DNA of 63,668 nt, counting the filler, from Octopus bimaculoides (lineage: Eukaryota): the NCBI RefSeq assembly GCF_001194135.2. It is 4 parts of 4 records of this genome, joined end to end, with 100 filler letters (N's around TTAATTAATTAA, not from the genome) between each part and the next. Parts side by side here need not be neighbours in the genome. Positions count along the whole stretch, not along the records: positions 1 to 23,225 come from NC_068982.1; 3 more parts are not named here. The stretch is one strand, 5' to 3'. The notes beneath the pieces are model-generated. The model had not been told where the DNA came from and ran no database searches. It worked only from the letters and a program-made list of their open reading frames with translations. This document shows positions 1 to 14,549 of this stretch, piece after piece; the stretch's first letter is position 1; each line of letters starts with the position of its first letter. The translations under genes were made by a program, and so were the position numbers.

Positions 1-112
1 GATCCCTTTTGATCGAAATTACCCCCCCCTTTCCCCCAAAGAAAAGCTCTACATTGTAATTTGTCCATTTTCTGTATTTAGCCCTGTGTGGCTATAATAA
101 AAAGATATCTAT

Positions 113-172
<60 letters not shown>

Positions 173-1000
173 ATACACGGTCGTATATACAACATCTTTG
201 CAATCCTCAATACTTTCAACTTCTTGAATTAGTATAGTTTGAATTCAAGTTTCTAATTTGCCCCCTTGACGGTAAATATATATAAACCCATCTTATCCGT
301 TATGAATATATGGACTGACTGAAATTACATGTTTATACTACTAGGAACATCAGCAACACACTTGGGGAGGATGATAAGAACTGTTTAAGATAAACGCGAT
401 AAGTTGAAAGCGGTTTAATGTTACAAAATGCTTCAGGATCGAAAGGAGTTGTCTGTGAGCTATATATAAATAATTCTAGAGAAATGACATTGATATAGGT
501 CTTGAATTTTCGAAATTATTTTCCAGCTACCACAGATTGCGGATTATATAAAGGCAAAGGAAAACCTATTCTTAGGATAGCTAAAGTCTTTGAGAAGAGA
601 TATGAATAAAAATCTAGCACACCTCTTACACTTTCTCGAAGAATATTTCGCCGGCACTATCAAAATCAAATGAAATATAGACCAGAGCCACAATAAAGTT
701 GGAAGTATGTATTTACTTAAGAACAGAAATGGGACTAAATGTCATGGACTGAGCTTCTAGTGCTACATGAAATCATAGCTTGAATGGCATCTTCATGAAA
801 TAAAGGAACAACACTTTTGATATATTAGAAGCGTGGATGAGTATTTATTCAGAGTTTTCGGTTTATAAAAGCCTTGTTTCTTTGGAAGAGCTTCACTAAT
901 ATCATATCATACCATGTTTATGCAGATCAAGTCAATCTCGTTAGACAGAGTTGGGAAAGCAGATTGATCCGTGCTGAGAGAATATTTCTTATGTTTTTAG

Positions 1001-1218
1001 GGCGGCGAGTTGGCAGAAACGTTAGTACGCCGGGCGAAATGCTTAGCGGTATTCCGTCTGACTTCAGGTTTGGAGTTCAAATTCCGCTGAGGTCGACTTT
1101 GATTTTCGTCCTTTCGAGGTCGATAACTTAACTACCGGTTGCATACTTGGGTCGATCTAATCGAATGGCCTCCTTCACCCAAAATTTCGGGCCTTGCGCC
1201 TAGAGTAGAAAAGAATAT
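1001..1218 (+). mobile_element. SINE family B (tRNA-like head plus Meta-domain-like core)
   Basis: ggcgagNtggcagaaacgttag...gagttcaaattcc...gaggtcgactttg..tttcNtcctttcgNggtcgataa; the Meta-domain label is from recall. Confidence 0.8.
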
Positions 1219-2538
1219 TTTTTATGTTTTAGACTACTTTTAATGGAAATAAATGAGGATAACATTTTGTGTAAATTTAAAGAATGGGGCTCATTTTGTA
1301 TTTGAAATGTTGTGCCTAGAACTAAGAATTATGGGTGGTACTAATACGTTTTAGTGAGTCTATTGTGTTAGGAATAATTTGTTTGTATTGTTAAATGTTT
1401 TTAGCTTTATTAAATGTTTTTGAGAGGATACATTGGTAAACTATTCTTTTGTTGGATGTAGTAAAGGTGTCTAGTGCTCGAAATATGTCAATACTAGTAT
1501 CATTTTCGTATTTTTCTTCAGAACTAGAAATCTCCTCTACTTTAACTCTCAATGATATCCTAAGTGCTCTAAATAATATATCCACCATTAAATAACCGAC
1601 GTTTTACAAGCAATAGAATATCTGTAGAAAATTTTAATTCAACAACAATTTATTCACTGAAAGAAAGAAAATTGTATTTTCTAAAATGAATTCCTTTCTT
1701 ACGTAAAATTATATTTTTACTCGTTTTGATTTTGTTTTGAATTGAATTAAAGAAAAGAAGAATAAAAATATATAAAAAACAAACACGTTTCTATTAACTA
1801 TTCAGACAATATTCATGAAGAAACTGAATTTACCGCAATTTTGTTTTATGAATTCTTTTTTTCTTTAATATCTGTGTTATTTTGAATAAGATTAATCATT
1901 AAAGATTTTACGTAATTTCTTTTTCTAAACTTCCAAGTTTATTGGAAATACATTCTATTTACTATTTTGTTTCTTTATATACCACTGAAGTTTTTATAAC
2001 AACTCATAACTACGAAAATATCTTTTTGGTAATTTCTTGGTGTATGGCGAGTGCCAGACAATAATCTGAATCTGCTCCGAGTAAGCCGAGTCTGCTCACG
2101 GATTTCAGTTTTCAGTTAAAGCTTATTCAATTCGCTCACGTCGCTAATGTCATTGAGGAAGTTAGAAAAGCTACAGGACTTTATTTTCATCCGTTATAAA
2201 TTTACGGTTGAATAAGATATCAATATAATGTTTTGGAGACTCATCATTCTGTTAGTGCAGCGAACCATTGAAATCAAAGAGCTTCACAGAGAAAGGTTAT
2301 TTTTAAGAATAAATATATTTACTAAAAAAATGGCCATTTCGCTATATATAGATTCTGGTGGAATTTTTGAATCGAAGTTGTACATTTATCTTTAAATCCA
2401 TAAGAGATTTGGTGACTGATATTTATTTACTATTTTATAACAATGAATACTGTGATGAAATTTGCATAGTTATGTATCTATTTCTGTGTATAACAGTATA
2501 AGTTCATCTAAGTTTCAGTATGTTCATTTCGGATATCT

Positions 2539-3776
2539 CAGGCTGAGTAAAAAGTAAGCAGCGTTTTGAAACATGAATTTCATCACAATATATTTCAACA
2601 ATGCGGAAATTTTATTCGTCAAAGTAAATACCGTTACAATCAATACGTTTTTGCCAACGAGTTACAAGTTTGTTTATTTCCGGTAATATAAAAATCTGGA
2701 GTTCCGGAGCTGATGAACTCTTTCAACGCACTTTCAGCATCGGTTTGATTTTTGAACTTCTATCAAGGTGCTTGAGAAAGTGGTAGTCGGTAGGAGAAAG
2801 GTCTAGGGGAATAAGTTGGGCGGGGAAGAACTTCACAGCCAAGTTCCCTCAACTTCTGGATCGTCAATAGAAACGTGTGGTCAAGCATTGTCATGAAGAA
2901 TGATTGGCCCTCTGCTGTTGGCCAGTCTGGGACAGAGGAGTAACAGATTTTCATTCATTTTGGCAATTTCATGGCAATATGTTTCTGCAGTAATAGTTTT
3001 TCCGGGTTTTAATAAGTTTCACACCAAACAGTCACCATGACTATTTTTTTTGAAGAGCTTGGATTCAGAGAAGGTTTTTGGTGCTTCATTTTGGTCCAAT
3101 CACTGCGAAGAACGTAATTTCTATTATTGTATAAAATCCACTTTTCATCGCAAGTTACAATACGGTTGAAAAATGGATTGCTCTGGTTACGGAGAAGAAG
3201 GGACGAGCAAATTTCATATTTGCGCATTTTCTGATTTTCATTCAAATCGTGTGGTACTCATTTGTCGAAGTTTTTTGATTTTCCGATCGCATGCAAATCG
3301 TTGCAGGCAGTTTTCTGGATAACTTGAAGTTCTTTTGCCAGTTCTCGAGTGGCTTTACGTGGATCTTTCTCAATGACGGTCTTTAATTGACCGTCATCAA
3401 CGATAGATGGGCATCCACTACGCTCAGGATCTTCGAGGCTCAGGTCTCCACTGCGAAATCGTTTAAAACATTTTCGCGCTGACCACTCACAAGTCATTCT
3501 CTCGTTGATATCGAGAGCAGTTTCAGCTGCTTTACGTCTTTCTTTTTTGAAGATAAATAGCAAAATTGCTCGAATATCGCGCTTTGACAAGTCCATTCCA
3601 GATGATTGTAACAACGGTGAAAAAATATCTATGTTAATTTATTGATGCATTTGGGCAAGTCTATATCTGTATTATCAGAGAATTGCAAAAGAATGTTTTA
3701 AAACTTTCAAATCTCTGCAAAAATCCGATACAACTTCTTCATGGTTCAAAACGTTGCTTACGTTTTACTCAATCTG
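2539..3776 (-). mobile_element. Mariner (Tc1/mariner) DNA transposon, near full length, inactive
   Basis: 39-bp TIRs 2539-2577 and 3738-3776 (34/39 identical) enclosing transposase fragments; about 1.24 kb. Confidence 0.92.
2763..3614 (-). pseudogene. Mariner transposase pseudogene
   Basis: Three broken frames: HTH region (FKRFRSGDLSLEDPERSG..., ending near the WVPH-like linker), RIVTCDEKWILYNN, and LGCEVLPRPTYSP; stops and frameshifts between them. Confidence 0.92.
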
Positions 3777-4728
3777 ACAGCAGCAGCAGCAGCAGCATCA
3801 GCAACAGCAGCGGCAGCAGTAGTAATCGTCATTGTTGTTGTTATTTAAACCATGGTTAGCCCTGATCAAGTAGGGCTATCATCAAAAGCATTCCACCCTT
3901 CAACATCGCATCTATATACCTAAATGTTGAGAAATGAAAGTCATATATTATTCAATGTGTCCATTTTCTCAATTTAGTACGTTGGAATTTAAGGATGATT
4001 TGACTGCTATTTCTAAAATATCTGTCAAGCGACCACATAGCAGCTTGCTCTCTGCAACGCAGCAGACATAATTTAAATTTTAGCCACAGTTCTCTAGAAC
4101 AACAATGTATCTAGAAATTCTTTCTACATCGGAAGCTAAATGGTGCTACTATAAAATAATTAAATGAAACAAGTTCTTAAGCCTGCAACAAGGCTAATAA
4201 TGTGAATTTTCCACCCACATTACTTAAATCTAATCATGCATATAGCTCATATTGAGTTTCTGTCAAACAAAATCAAAGTTTATTACTTGATTAAGTTACT
4301 CTAATTAAAAAGCAAAATCAAACGGACAGTTTCCTTTAAGCTATGACAGAAATGATTATCTTGTTTTGTTATTTTATGCATGAAACTCAAAAGAATTTTG
4401 CTGTATTGATTATTCTGTTAATATGGATAATTGTCACATTTAACTAACAATCGAATTTAAGATATCCCGCTTAAAAAAGTTCCACTAGGCCATTAATATT
4501 GAAAATATAACTATGAGCTTGATTTATCACACATTTTATGCAGATAAAAACAAACTGCAGATCTTAGCTCAGAGAATTACGGTTGAATTCTTTAAAAGTA
4601 GTAGGGGATTAACCGAATTGATAGGTTTTATATGGGACATAGAATTTATGAATGCGTTTCTGAATTGGATGAATATGTGAAAAAAATTAGTGAGAATTTA
4701 TCAATAGGAAATTCTATATATATCATCA

Positions 4729-4903
4729 GTAGGCGCAGGCGAGGCTGTGGGGTGAGGAGTTTGCTTCCCAACAACCTGGTCCTGGGTTGAGTCCCACTGC
4801 AGGGCACCTTGGGCAGGTACTTATTAGCCTCGGGCTAAGCAAATTCTTGAGAGTGGATTTGATGGATGGAAACTGAAAGAAGCCCATCTTGTATAAACCT
4901 ATA

Positions 4904-4959
<56 letters not shown>

Positions 4960-4970
4960 CAACCATCCAC

Positions 4971-5030
<60 letters not shown>

Positions 5031-5258
5031 ATATGTGTGTGTGTGTGTGTATGTGTCATTTATCTGTGTTTGTTGCCCACTACGTGTTGACACCCGGTGG
5101 TAGTGTGTTTATGTCCCCGTAGCCAAGCGGTTCGGCAAAAGAGACTGATAGAATAAATACCAGACTTCAAAAAGAGTACTGGCATAGATTCGGTCGACTA
5201 AAATCTCTTCAAAGCAGTGCCCCAGCATGACCGCACTCCAGTGACTAGAAAAAGTAAA
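4729..5258 (+). mobile_element. SINE family A with expanded (TATC)n centre
   Basis: Both arms match other family A copies. Confidence 0.8.
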
Positions 5259-5355
5259 AGATAACAAAATATCAGAAGCCTTGAAAGAAATATGTTATAT
5301 AACTTCAAAGGATTTGACTCTTTGTCTTACTAACAATACGCGGAGTACAAAGGGA

Positions 5356-5570
5356 TGAGCTGGCAGAAACGTTAGCAAGCCAGGCTAAAGGCTTAGCGGT
5401 ATTTCGTCTGCCGCTACGTTCTGATTTCAAATTTCGCCGAGGTCGACTTTGCCTTTCATCCTTTCGGGGTCGATAAATTAAGTACCAGCTGAGTACTGGG
5501 GTCGATATAGTGAACACATCACCTCACCCAAAATGGCTGCCCTTTTGGAAAAATTTGAAACCACAATCAA
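5356..5570 (+). mobile_element. SINE family B
   Basis: Same head and core; tail aaaatttgaaacca. Confidence 0.8.
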
Positions 5571-5692
5571 TACTAAAAGTGGCATACGTCATCGGATGAC
5601 TAAGAACCCTAACAACACATAGGAATTTCTGGCAAAATTATCACAAAGCATTTATTTAGATTCGACTTGGAAATAAACATATCTTTTCTATT

Positions 5693-5899
5693 TTATAAGT
5701 TACTTGTTTCAGTCATTTGACTGTGGTCATGCTGGGGCACTGCTTTGAAGGGTTTTAGTCAAAGAAATCGACCCCAGAACTTATTATTTTGAAGCCTAGT
5801 ACTTATTCTATCGGAAATCTTTTGCCGAACCGCTCAGTTACGGGGGCATAAACACGCCATCATCGTTTGTCAAGCGGTGTTGAGGGGACAAACACAGAC

Positions 5900-5932
<33 letters not shown>

Positions 5933-6105
5933 TGTATGTATGTATCTATCTATACGACGGGCTTCTTTCGCTTTCTGTTTACCGAATCCACTCACAAGGC
6001 TTTGGCTGGCCCGAGGCTATAGCAGAAGAAACTTGCCCAAGGTACCACGCAGTGGGACTGAACCCGGAACCATGCGGTTCGGAAGCAAGTTTCTTGCCAC
6101 ACAGA
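5693..6105 (-). mobile_element. SINE family A
   Basis: Homology to 22673-23096. Confidence 0.8.
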
Positions 6106-7918
6106 AAATTTCCTCAAGTATCCTGAAATATTCACCGTTATAATTTTACTTAATGTAATATATTTGTTTACGGTTAACATGGGATTATTACGTCGCATTT
6201 GAACAATGCGAGTTATTTCAACACACCACTGTTGAGCTGTTGTTGCTGGTGGTGGTGGTGGTGGTGGTGGTGGTGGTGGTGGTGGTGGTATCATCGTTGT
6301 TATTGTTGGAGATATTTGCGTCAAAAATATTGGTTGTTATGTTTAGAGCACTACAATCGAGGGAAACAGTACATCATGCTTATTACATACAAGAACAGTA
6401 CAACCAGACACGCTATCGATTCACTCAGCGTGTTGCCGTTACATCATATCTATGTTTACCGATAATATCTCTCTATTCATGCTATCCTGTCATATTCATA
6501 AGATCTTCATGACACCTGTAGGTGGTGTAATTTGAAACTTTGTTTACATGCACTTGTAGTATTTCTGAAATGAGTCATACAGAATGGAACACGATTGGTT
6601 CAATACTCGATGGCTGAACAAAAAATTGGAAGAGCATCAAATTCTTTCCCAAATATGCATCTACTTTACTAACGACTAAAAATAACCAATGCAGACATTG
6701 TCTCCAGAAAAACAGAAGTTCCTCTGTGAAGAATGATATTGACGGATATGTAAATATATATCTATATATAAACAAACTTCATAACATTTGGGTCACAGTC
6801 CCCCGACATAAAAACATACATATTTTATGGCTTCTATTGTTATTAATAATATATGATTTTTAACACATGTCGAAATATTTCTAGACAATATCTCATCACT
6901 AAGTTATGAACTATTGCGAAGCATGTGTCAAGGTTAAATAATATAGAGTGTTTCCTTTTCTATATTTCATGCCTTGTAGCTATAAACGCGTGGGTGATCG
7001 AATCGGTATCGACAACCTGAGCAGCTGGTTACGTGTTTGTTCACAGTCTATTAACAGCGATGCATTATATTAGACGTTATGACACTGAACATTTACTGGC
7101 GCGGTCGAATTAGCTGAAATTCGGTATCACAAAACTCGAACAGTTGACCGCTGTAAGCAGCATTGATTAGTAGCAGCGAAGGTCACTAGGGTGTTCGAAT
7201 CATCATCTACCCTGATGTATGTATGTATGAATTATATATACACACATGTATATAAATGTATATGTATATATGGAGCACTCCGTCGGTTACGACAACGAGG
7301 ATCCCAGTTGATACGATCAACGGTGACAGCTTGCTCGTGAAATTAACGTGCAAATGGCTGAGCAACCCACAGACACGTGTACCCCTAAAGTAGTTCTCAG
7401 GGAGATTCAGCGTGACACAGAGTGTGACAAGGCTTACCCTATACCAGCTGAGTGGAGTGGAGCAACCTGAAATAAAGTGAGTCGAATGCCTTATCCACTA
7501 AGCCACGCGCCTTCACTTATGTATGGAGATATATATATACATACATATATACATATTTATATATATATATATATNNNNNNNNNNNNNNNNNNNNNNNNNN
7601 NNNNNNNNNNNNNNNNNNNNNNNNNNNNNNNNNNNNNNNNNNNNNNNNNNNNNNNNNNNNNNNNNNNNNNNNNNNNNNNNNNNNNNNNNNNNNNNNNNNN
7701 NNNNNNNNNNNNNNNNNNNNNNNNNNNNNNNNNNNNNNNNNNNNNNNNNNNNNNNNNNNNNNNNNNNNNNNNNNNNNNNNNNNNNNNNNNNNNNNNNNNN
7801 NNNNNNNNNNNNNNNNNNNNNNNNNNNNNNNNNNNNNNNNNNNNNNNNNNNNNNNNNNNNNNNNNNNNNNNNNNNNNNNNNNNNNNNNNNNNNNNNNNNN
7901 NNNNNNNNNNNNNNNNNN

Positions 7919-7985
<67 letters not shown>

Positions 7986-9318
7986 ACGCACATATATTAA
8001 ACGAATTATTTATTATACATGCAATTGTTTTATACTTAGATATTATTTATGCCTCTTTTCTTTACCTTGAAGATAATATGACAACAATCTTGGCGGTTAT
8101 TTGAAGAAGATTTTTGTATCTGAGTTATCATCTTAGAAGGGATGTAGCTTTATCAACGTTGAAGTCGAGTGGAAAGGTTGAGATAAAGATCTAAGTGAAA
8201 TGAGATAAAAATATCCTAAGTGTGGTGGAATTTAAGATTTCGTGATTTTTCTTTTGATGATGAAGCAAAATATCTTACTGCATCAAAATTCTAAAGACGA
8301 CTGCTTATATATCCTGGCATATGCTCATAGTAAAAGCGAAATAATTGTGAAGAAGTATTAAGCTGTTGCGTTAGTTTTTAGGACTGTTGGAGTCATTATT
8401 GATGTTGTTGCTTTTGTTGTACTATTTTTTGTTTAACTCTCGGGTCAACGTTGATTGAGTAGACGTAATTTCAAAGACATTTTGATCGTGATCATCCAGT
8501 ACTTTTAAGAGTATTTTATTCAAAGTGTTCTTTATTGAAATCAGAAGTGTGTGATGTGAAGATGTTATGTCTTGTTTATAGAATAAAGCTGTACAGATGA
8601 TTCCTTTGTTGTCGCTATTCGGATGGGGTTGTTGTATTTAGTTGTTCCTATTGATGTAGAATACCACAGAGCTGAAATATAGATGTCGTGTAAGTTTGAT
8701 ATATTGATATATTTGTCTGCTCCAGGGTATGCTACATGTTGTAATGTGTCACACGTCATGTTGGAAATAATCCATTACACGTGAATTTCAAATGTTCTTA
8801 GAAATGGCAAGAATATCTACAATTTGTTATTTTGATTTATTTTACCTGTATCAAAGGCAATCCAGCATTTTTGGGGCTATTTTTCGTAAACGTAAAACAA
8901 CAATGGATGATTAATTCAACCCTTTACATGTCCAAATCATTTTCATACGTTTGTCATAAACATCATGCTTGTTTCCAGACTTAATTTAACCTTCCATTCA
9001 TACGTTCTGAGTAATGTAATGCTTCCTTTCATAAGCCCTAAGTTACTCTTGTAGTTGAAAAACCTGAGAATGTGTATAGTATATGATTCTTAAATGACAG
9101 GAAAATATGTTTTGCGCATCACATGTAATACATCGGACAGGTAAAGAATTAATGCATTTTGAAATTTAAGAGTAGGTGATTAGCATAATTAGTAGAGTGG
9201 CGCATAAAATACCTTGTATTCTAACTAATTTGAGGTGCATTGTTTTGTTCCAGGTTCGATAAAATAAATACAAATATAGCAATATCCTCATTTCCGAATT
9301 TGCGACCTTGTATTTATG

Positions 9319-9629
9319 GTTGGCGAGCTGGCAGAAACGTTAGCACGCCGGGCGAAATGCTTAGCTATATTTCGTCTGTCTTTACGTTTTGAGTTCAAAT
9401 TTCGCCGAGGTCGACTTTGCCTTTCATCCTTTCGGGGTTGATAAATTAAGTACCAGTTGAGTACTGCGTTCGATCTAATCGACTGGCTCCCGCTTCCCCA
9501 AAATTTCGGGCCTTGTGCCAGGAGTAGAAAAAAAAATATTATTAATACTGATGCAAAGTCGGTAAGCTGGCAGAATAGATAGCGTACCGGGTAAAATGCT
9601 TAGCAGTACTTCATCAGTCTTTACGTTCT
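9319..9629 (+). mobile_element. SINE family B, one full copy plus a second head running into a gap
   Basis: Same head and core. Confidence 0.8.
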
Positions 9630-10654
9630 NNNNNNNNNNNNNNNNNNNNNNNNNNNNNNNNNNNNNNNNNNNNNNNNNNNNNNNNNNNNNNNNNNNNNNN
9701 NNNNNNNNNNNNNNNNNNNNNNNNNNNNNNNNNNNNNNNNNNNNNNNNNNNNNNNNNNNNNNNNNNNNNNNNNNNNNNNNNNNNNNNNNNNNNNNNNNNN
9801 NNNNNNNNNNNNNNNNNNNNNNNNNNNNNNNNNNNNNNNNNNNNNNNNNNNNNNNNNNNNNNNNNNNNNNNNNNNNNNNNNNNNNNNNNNNNNNNNNNNN
9901 NNNNNNNNNNNNNNNNNNNNNNNNNNNNNNNNNNNNNNNNNNNNNNNNNNNNNNNNNNNNNNNNNNNNNNNNNNNNNNNNNNNNNNNNNNNNNNNNNNNN
10001 NNNNNNNNNNNNNNNNNNNNNNNNNNNNNNNNNNNNNNNNNNNNNNNNNNNNNNNNNNNNNNNNNNNNNNNNNNNNNNNNNNNNNNNNNNNNNNNNNNNN
10101 NNNNNNNNNNNNNNNNNNNNNNNNNNNNNNNNNNNNNNNNNNNNNNNNNNNNNNNNNNNNNNNNNNNNNNNNNNNNNNNNNNNNNNNNNNNNNNNNNNNN
10201 NNNNNNNNNNNNNNNNNNNNNNNNNNNNNNNNNNNNNNNNNNNNNNNNNNNNNNNNNNNNNNNNNNNNNNNNNNNNNNNNNNNNNNNNNNNNNNNNNNNN
10301 NNNNNNNNNNNNNNNNNNNNNNNNNNNNNNNNNNNNNNNNNNNNNNNNNNNNNNNNNNNNNNNNNNNNNNNNNNNNNNNNNNNNNNNNNNNNNNNNNNNN
10401 NNNNNNNNNNNNNNNNNNNNNNNNNNNNNNNNNNNNNNNNNNNNNNNNNNNNNNNNNNNNNNNNNNNNNNNNNNNNNNNNNNNNNNNNNNNNNNNNNNNN
10501 NNNNNNNNNNNNNNNNNNNNNNNNNNNNNNNNNNNNNNNNNNNNNNNNNNNNNNNNNNNCAGTAAAAAAAAAAAATGTCTTTAGACGGAGTTTTCATCTA
10601 ACCGGGTAACGCAGTAATCATTCAAATGTTTCGAAACTCCTTAGCAATAGAAGT

Positions 10655-10706
<52 letters not shown>

Positions 10707-10838
10707 AATTTCTAAATTTCGCTAACGCTTTTTTTCTCTCTCTCTCTCTCTTTCTTACACACACAACTACCACTAACTGTTTCATGCAGCAATATTGAAA
10801 AAAAAAAAATCTTCTAAGCAGGCCTTCACACCAAACAA

Positions 10839-10877
<39 letters not shown>

Positions 10878-10929
10878 CAACAACAACAACGACAGTAATG
10901 GTGGTGCTGAGGATGAGGTTGATGATGAT

Positions 10930-10973
<44 letters not shown>

Positions 10974-11789
10974 TAATAATAATAATAATAATAATAATGA
11001 GAAGAAGAAATAGAAGAAGAAGAAGAAGAAGAAGAAGAAGAAGAAGAAGAAGAAGAAGAAGAAGAAGAAGAAGATGATGATGATGATGATGATGATGATG
11101 GTAGTTGTAAGAATAATACTCAAATTAAAGGAAAAAAAAGGTGCTGATAAGTAGAAATTATTGTTCTTAGTTCCAGCTGCTACACGTATTCTGGTTTCTA
11201 AATTTGTTTTCTTTTCCCTTTCTTTAAAAGTAGTCACGATCGCTGATATCTTACTTCACCAGCGCTATCATTACTGACGCTTGCACCAACACCAATCCCC
11301 CCACCCAACCAAAACCACCAACCCCACCACCACCACCAGCAGTAACCACCTTAACCACATTTATCAGTGGTAACATCACTGAGTGTACAACTTCACCGCT
11401 GTTATGATGAGGAAAACAACACGACCACGACTGAAGTTTCTTTGTGTTGCTTGTGTTGCATCACCGCTGCCGCTGCCACAACCGTCCCCATCAACAACAA
11501 CAACAAAAACAACAACACAAACACCACAAGCTTCACCGCTGCAGTTGCCGCCACCGCCCCTATCGGATACACTAGCCACTAAGCCACGCACCATCACACC
11601 ACTACCATATTACTACCCTCACGATTACCAACTATCTCACCACCATCAATGCTATGACCACCACTTCCGGCACCTTTAATATCCATCACTAACGCCATCA
11701 TCCGTATCACAATCCCAATTACTATTGATAAAATGTTAGCCAGATCTCCCTCAAATTACATTTCACACACTTCATAAGGAAAGGGGGCA

Positions 11790-12095
11790 TTGGACATTAC
11801 ACATTGTCAAACTATAACGGAGATTGCACATTACACATTGTCAAGCGATAACGGGTATTGTACATTACACATTGTCAAGCTATAACGAGCGTTGGACATT
11901 ACACATTGTCAAACTATAACAGGTGTTGGACATTACACATTGTCAAACTATAACGGGCGTTGGACATTAAACATGGTCAAACTATAACGGGAATTGGACA
12001 TTACACATTGCTAAACTATAACGGGGATTGGACATTACACGTTGTCAAACTATAACGGGGATTGTACATTACATATTGTCAAACTATAACGGGCA
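11790..12095 (+). repeat. 34-bp minisatellite, 9 copies
   Basis: Unit ttggacattacacattgtcaaactataacgggNN, head to tail, no spacers. Confidence 0.95.
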
Positions 12096-12351
12096 TCTAC
12101 TGGTGGAACTTCCTTTGTTGTAATTTTGGTGAATAAGACATTTGAGTTAAAAGACAAGAAAGAGTAGAACCAATGGCCATGAATACAAGACAAAGAAAGA
12201 ACATGCAAGATTTTTAAAATAGCAGCCAAGTCTTTGACAAATGAAATCCCGTCGTTTTAAAATAGGAAGAACACATTGGATAGAAAAGTGTACACATACC
12301 ATATCGGAAACATTACTTGCAACAATAGATTGGCTTTAAGTATGACTTCTT

Positions 12352-12778
12352 TCGTTTTTATCTGTTTCAATCGTTAGATTAAGGCCATGCTGGAGTATCA
12401 CCTTGAAGAAGTTTAATTGAAGGAATCGACCCATGACATTTTTTAAAGCCTGTCACTTATTCTATCGGGCACTTTGCAGAACCAATAATGTTACAAGGAC
12501 GTAAAAGACGCCAATGCCTTTTGTCAAGCGGTCATGGGGGACAAATACACACACACACACACAGGCACACACACGTGCGCAAGCACGCACACATAATAGC
12601 ACACACATATATGCGCCACACACTTCCAGTTTCTGACCACCAGATCCACTCACAAGGGTTTGGCTGGCCCAAGGCTATAACAGAAGACAGTTGCCCAAGT
12701 TGTCACGCAGTGGTACTGAAACAAAAACCATGTGGGTGGGAAGTATACTTTTTACCACACAGCCACGCCAGCGCCTAG
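12352..12778 (-). mobile_element. SINE family A
   Basis: Homology to other copies. Confidence 0.75.
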
Positions 12779-12918
12779 AATGCTAATCCGAAATACTGTA
12801 TTCGTCGTTAATAAAAGATGTTGTAAGTGGTATCGGGTGGAAATTTTTTAATCATGAAACATCTGACCTGGGGCTAAACAATATCAATAATAGTTACCAT
12901 CAGCGTGAAAGACTAGAT

Positions 12919-12924
<6 letters not shown>

Positions 12925-12991
<67 letters not shown>

Positions 12992-13096
12992 GTTGCTACT
13001 GCTGCTGCTACTACTACTTCTACTACTCTACTGCTGCTGCTGCCACTATAACTACTACAACTACTACTTGTACTACTGTTGCCGCTGCTGCTGCTG

Positions 13097-13137
<41 letters not shown>

Positions 13138-13150
13138 GTTGCTGCTGCTG

Positions 13151-13191
<41 letters not shown>

Positions 13192-13245
13192 GTTGCTGCT
13201 GCTGCTACTACTACTACTACTTCTACTACTCTACTGCTGCTGCTG

Positions 13246-13319
<74 letters not shown>

Positions 13320-13325
13320 ACTACA
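12925..13325. repeat. Compound (CTA)n/(CTG)n microsatellite
   Basis: Direct reading; a related tract lies at 14363-14553. Confidence 0.95.
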
Positions 13326-13682
13326 GGTTGTAGTAGGTTTTGTAGAAGCATTATTTTCAAGGAACGCAATCTCCACCTAACCCTAACCCTAACTTTATTA
13401 ATATAAGATCATTTATTTATAAATTGCTGTATTTCTATACCCACCGAAGCTGAGTTTGTCTCGGCATGTGGTTGCTAGAGCATACTTGCTACGCATGTCA
13501 CACAAAGAAGAAATAAATATTTTGCATTTCTACCACCGCCACACGTCACTTTTCTTCTCTTGCTTATATATTTCAGTGTTTTTTAACACTATACGTGTGT
13601 ACAAGGTACCTTCTCGAGACAAATACCGCAGCTTCCAAGCTTTCGACTATATATCTGCGTTAAGTAGATATTCTTTTATTCT

Positions 13683-14070
13683 TTTATTCTTTTACTTGTT
13701 TCAGTCAGTTTGACTGCGGCCATGCTGGAGCACCGCCTTTAGTCGGGCAAATCGAATCCCAGGACTTATTCTTTGTAAGCTTAATGCTTATTCTATCGGT
13801 TTTCTTATTGCCGAACCGCTAAGTTACGGAGATAGAAACACACCACCATTGGCTGTCAAGCGATGTTGGGAAGACAAACACAAACACACACACATACACA
13901 CATATACGACAGACTTTTTTCAGTTTACGTCTACCAAATCCACTCACAAAGCTTTGGTCGGCCCAAGGAGATAGTAGAAGACACTTGCCCATGGTGCCAT
14001 GCAGTGGGACTGAACCCGGAACCATGTGGTTGGTAAGCAAGCTACTTACCACATAGCCACACCTGTGCCT
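13683..14070 (-). mobile_element. SINE family A
   Basis: Homology to other copies. Confidence 0.8.
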
Positions 14071-14181
14071 AAATACACAGAATTCTTTTGAACTAAAACT
14101 ACTGTTCGTTGCCAATAGCGAATAAAATATATAATATAATATAATATAATATAATATAACATAATATATATATATATATAC

Positions 14182-14218
<37 letters not shown>

Positions 14219-14362
14219 AAAATTTTAATAAAATAATTGTATAGATACTAAATATTAAAAAATGTTGTAAATGGTATCGGGTGGAAATTTTTTAATCATA
14301 AAACATCTGACCTTGGGCTAAACAATAGTAATAACAGTTACCATCATCGTGAAAGACTAGAT

Positions 14363-14417
<55 letters not shown>

Positions 14418-14427
14418 GCTGCTGCTG

Positions 14428-14462
<35 letters not shown>

Positions 14463-14496
14463 GCTGCTGCTGCTACTACTACTACTACTACTACTG

Positions 14497-14549
<53 letters not shown>

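Noticed and set aside
1391-1588. 65-aa ORF with repeated D-I-(L)FRAL motif
   Set aside because: No splice signals, upstream in-frame stop, no recognisable family.
11790-12095. 34-bp direct repeats resembling a CRISPR array
   Set aside because: Units are contiguous with no unique spacers, there are no cas genes, and the context is eukaryotic.
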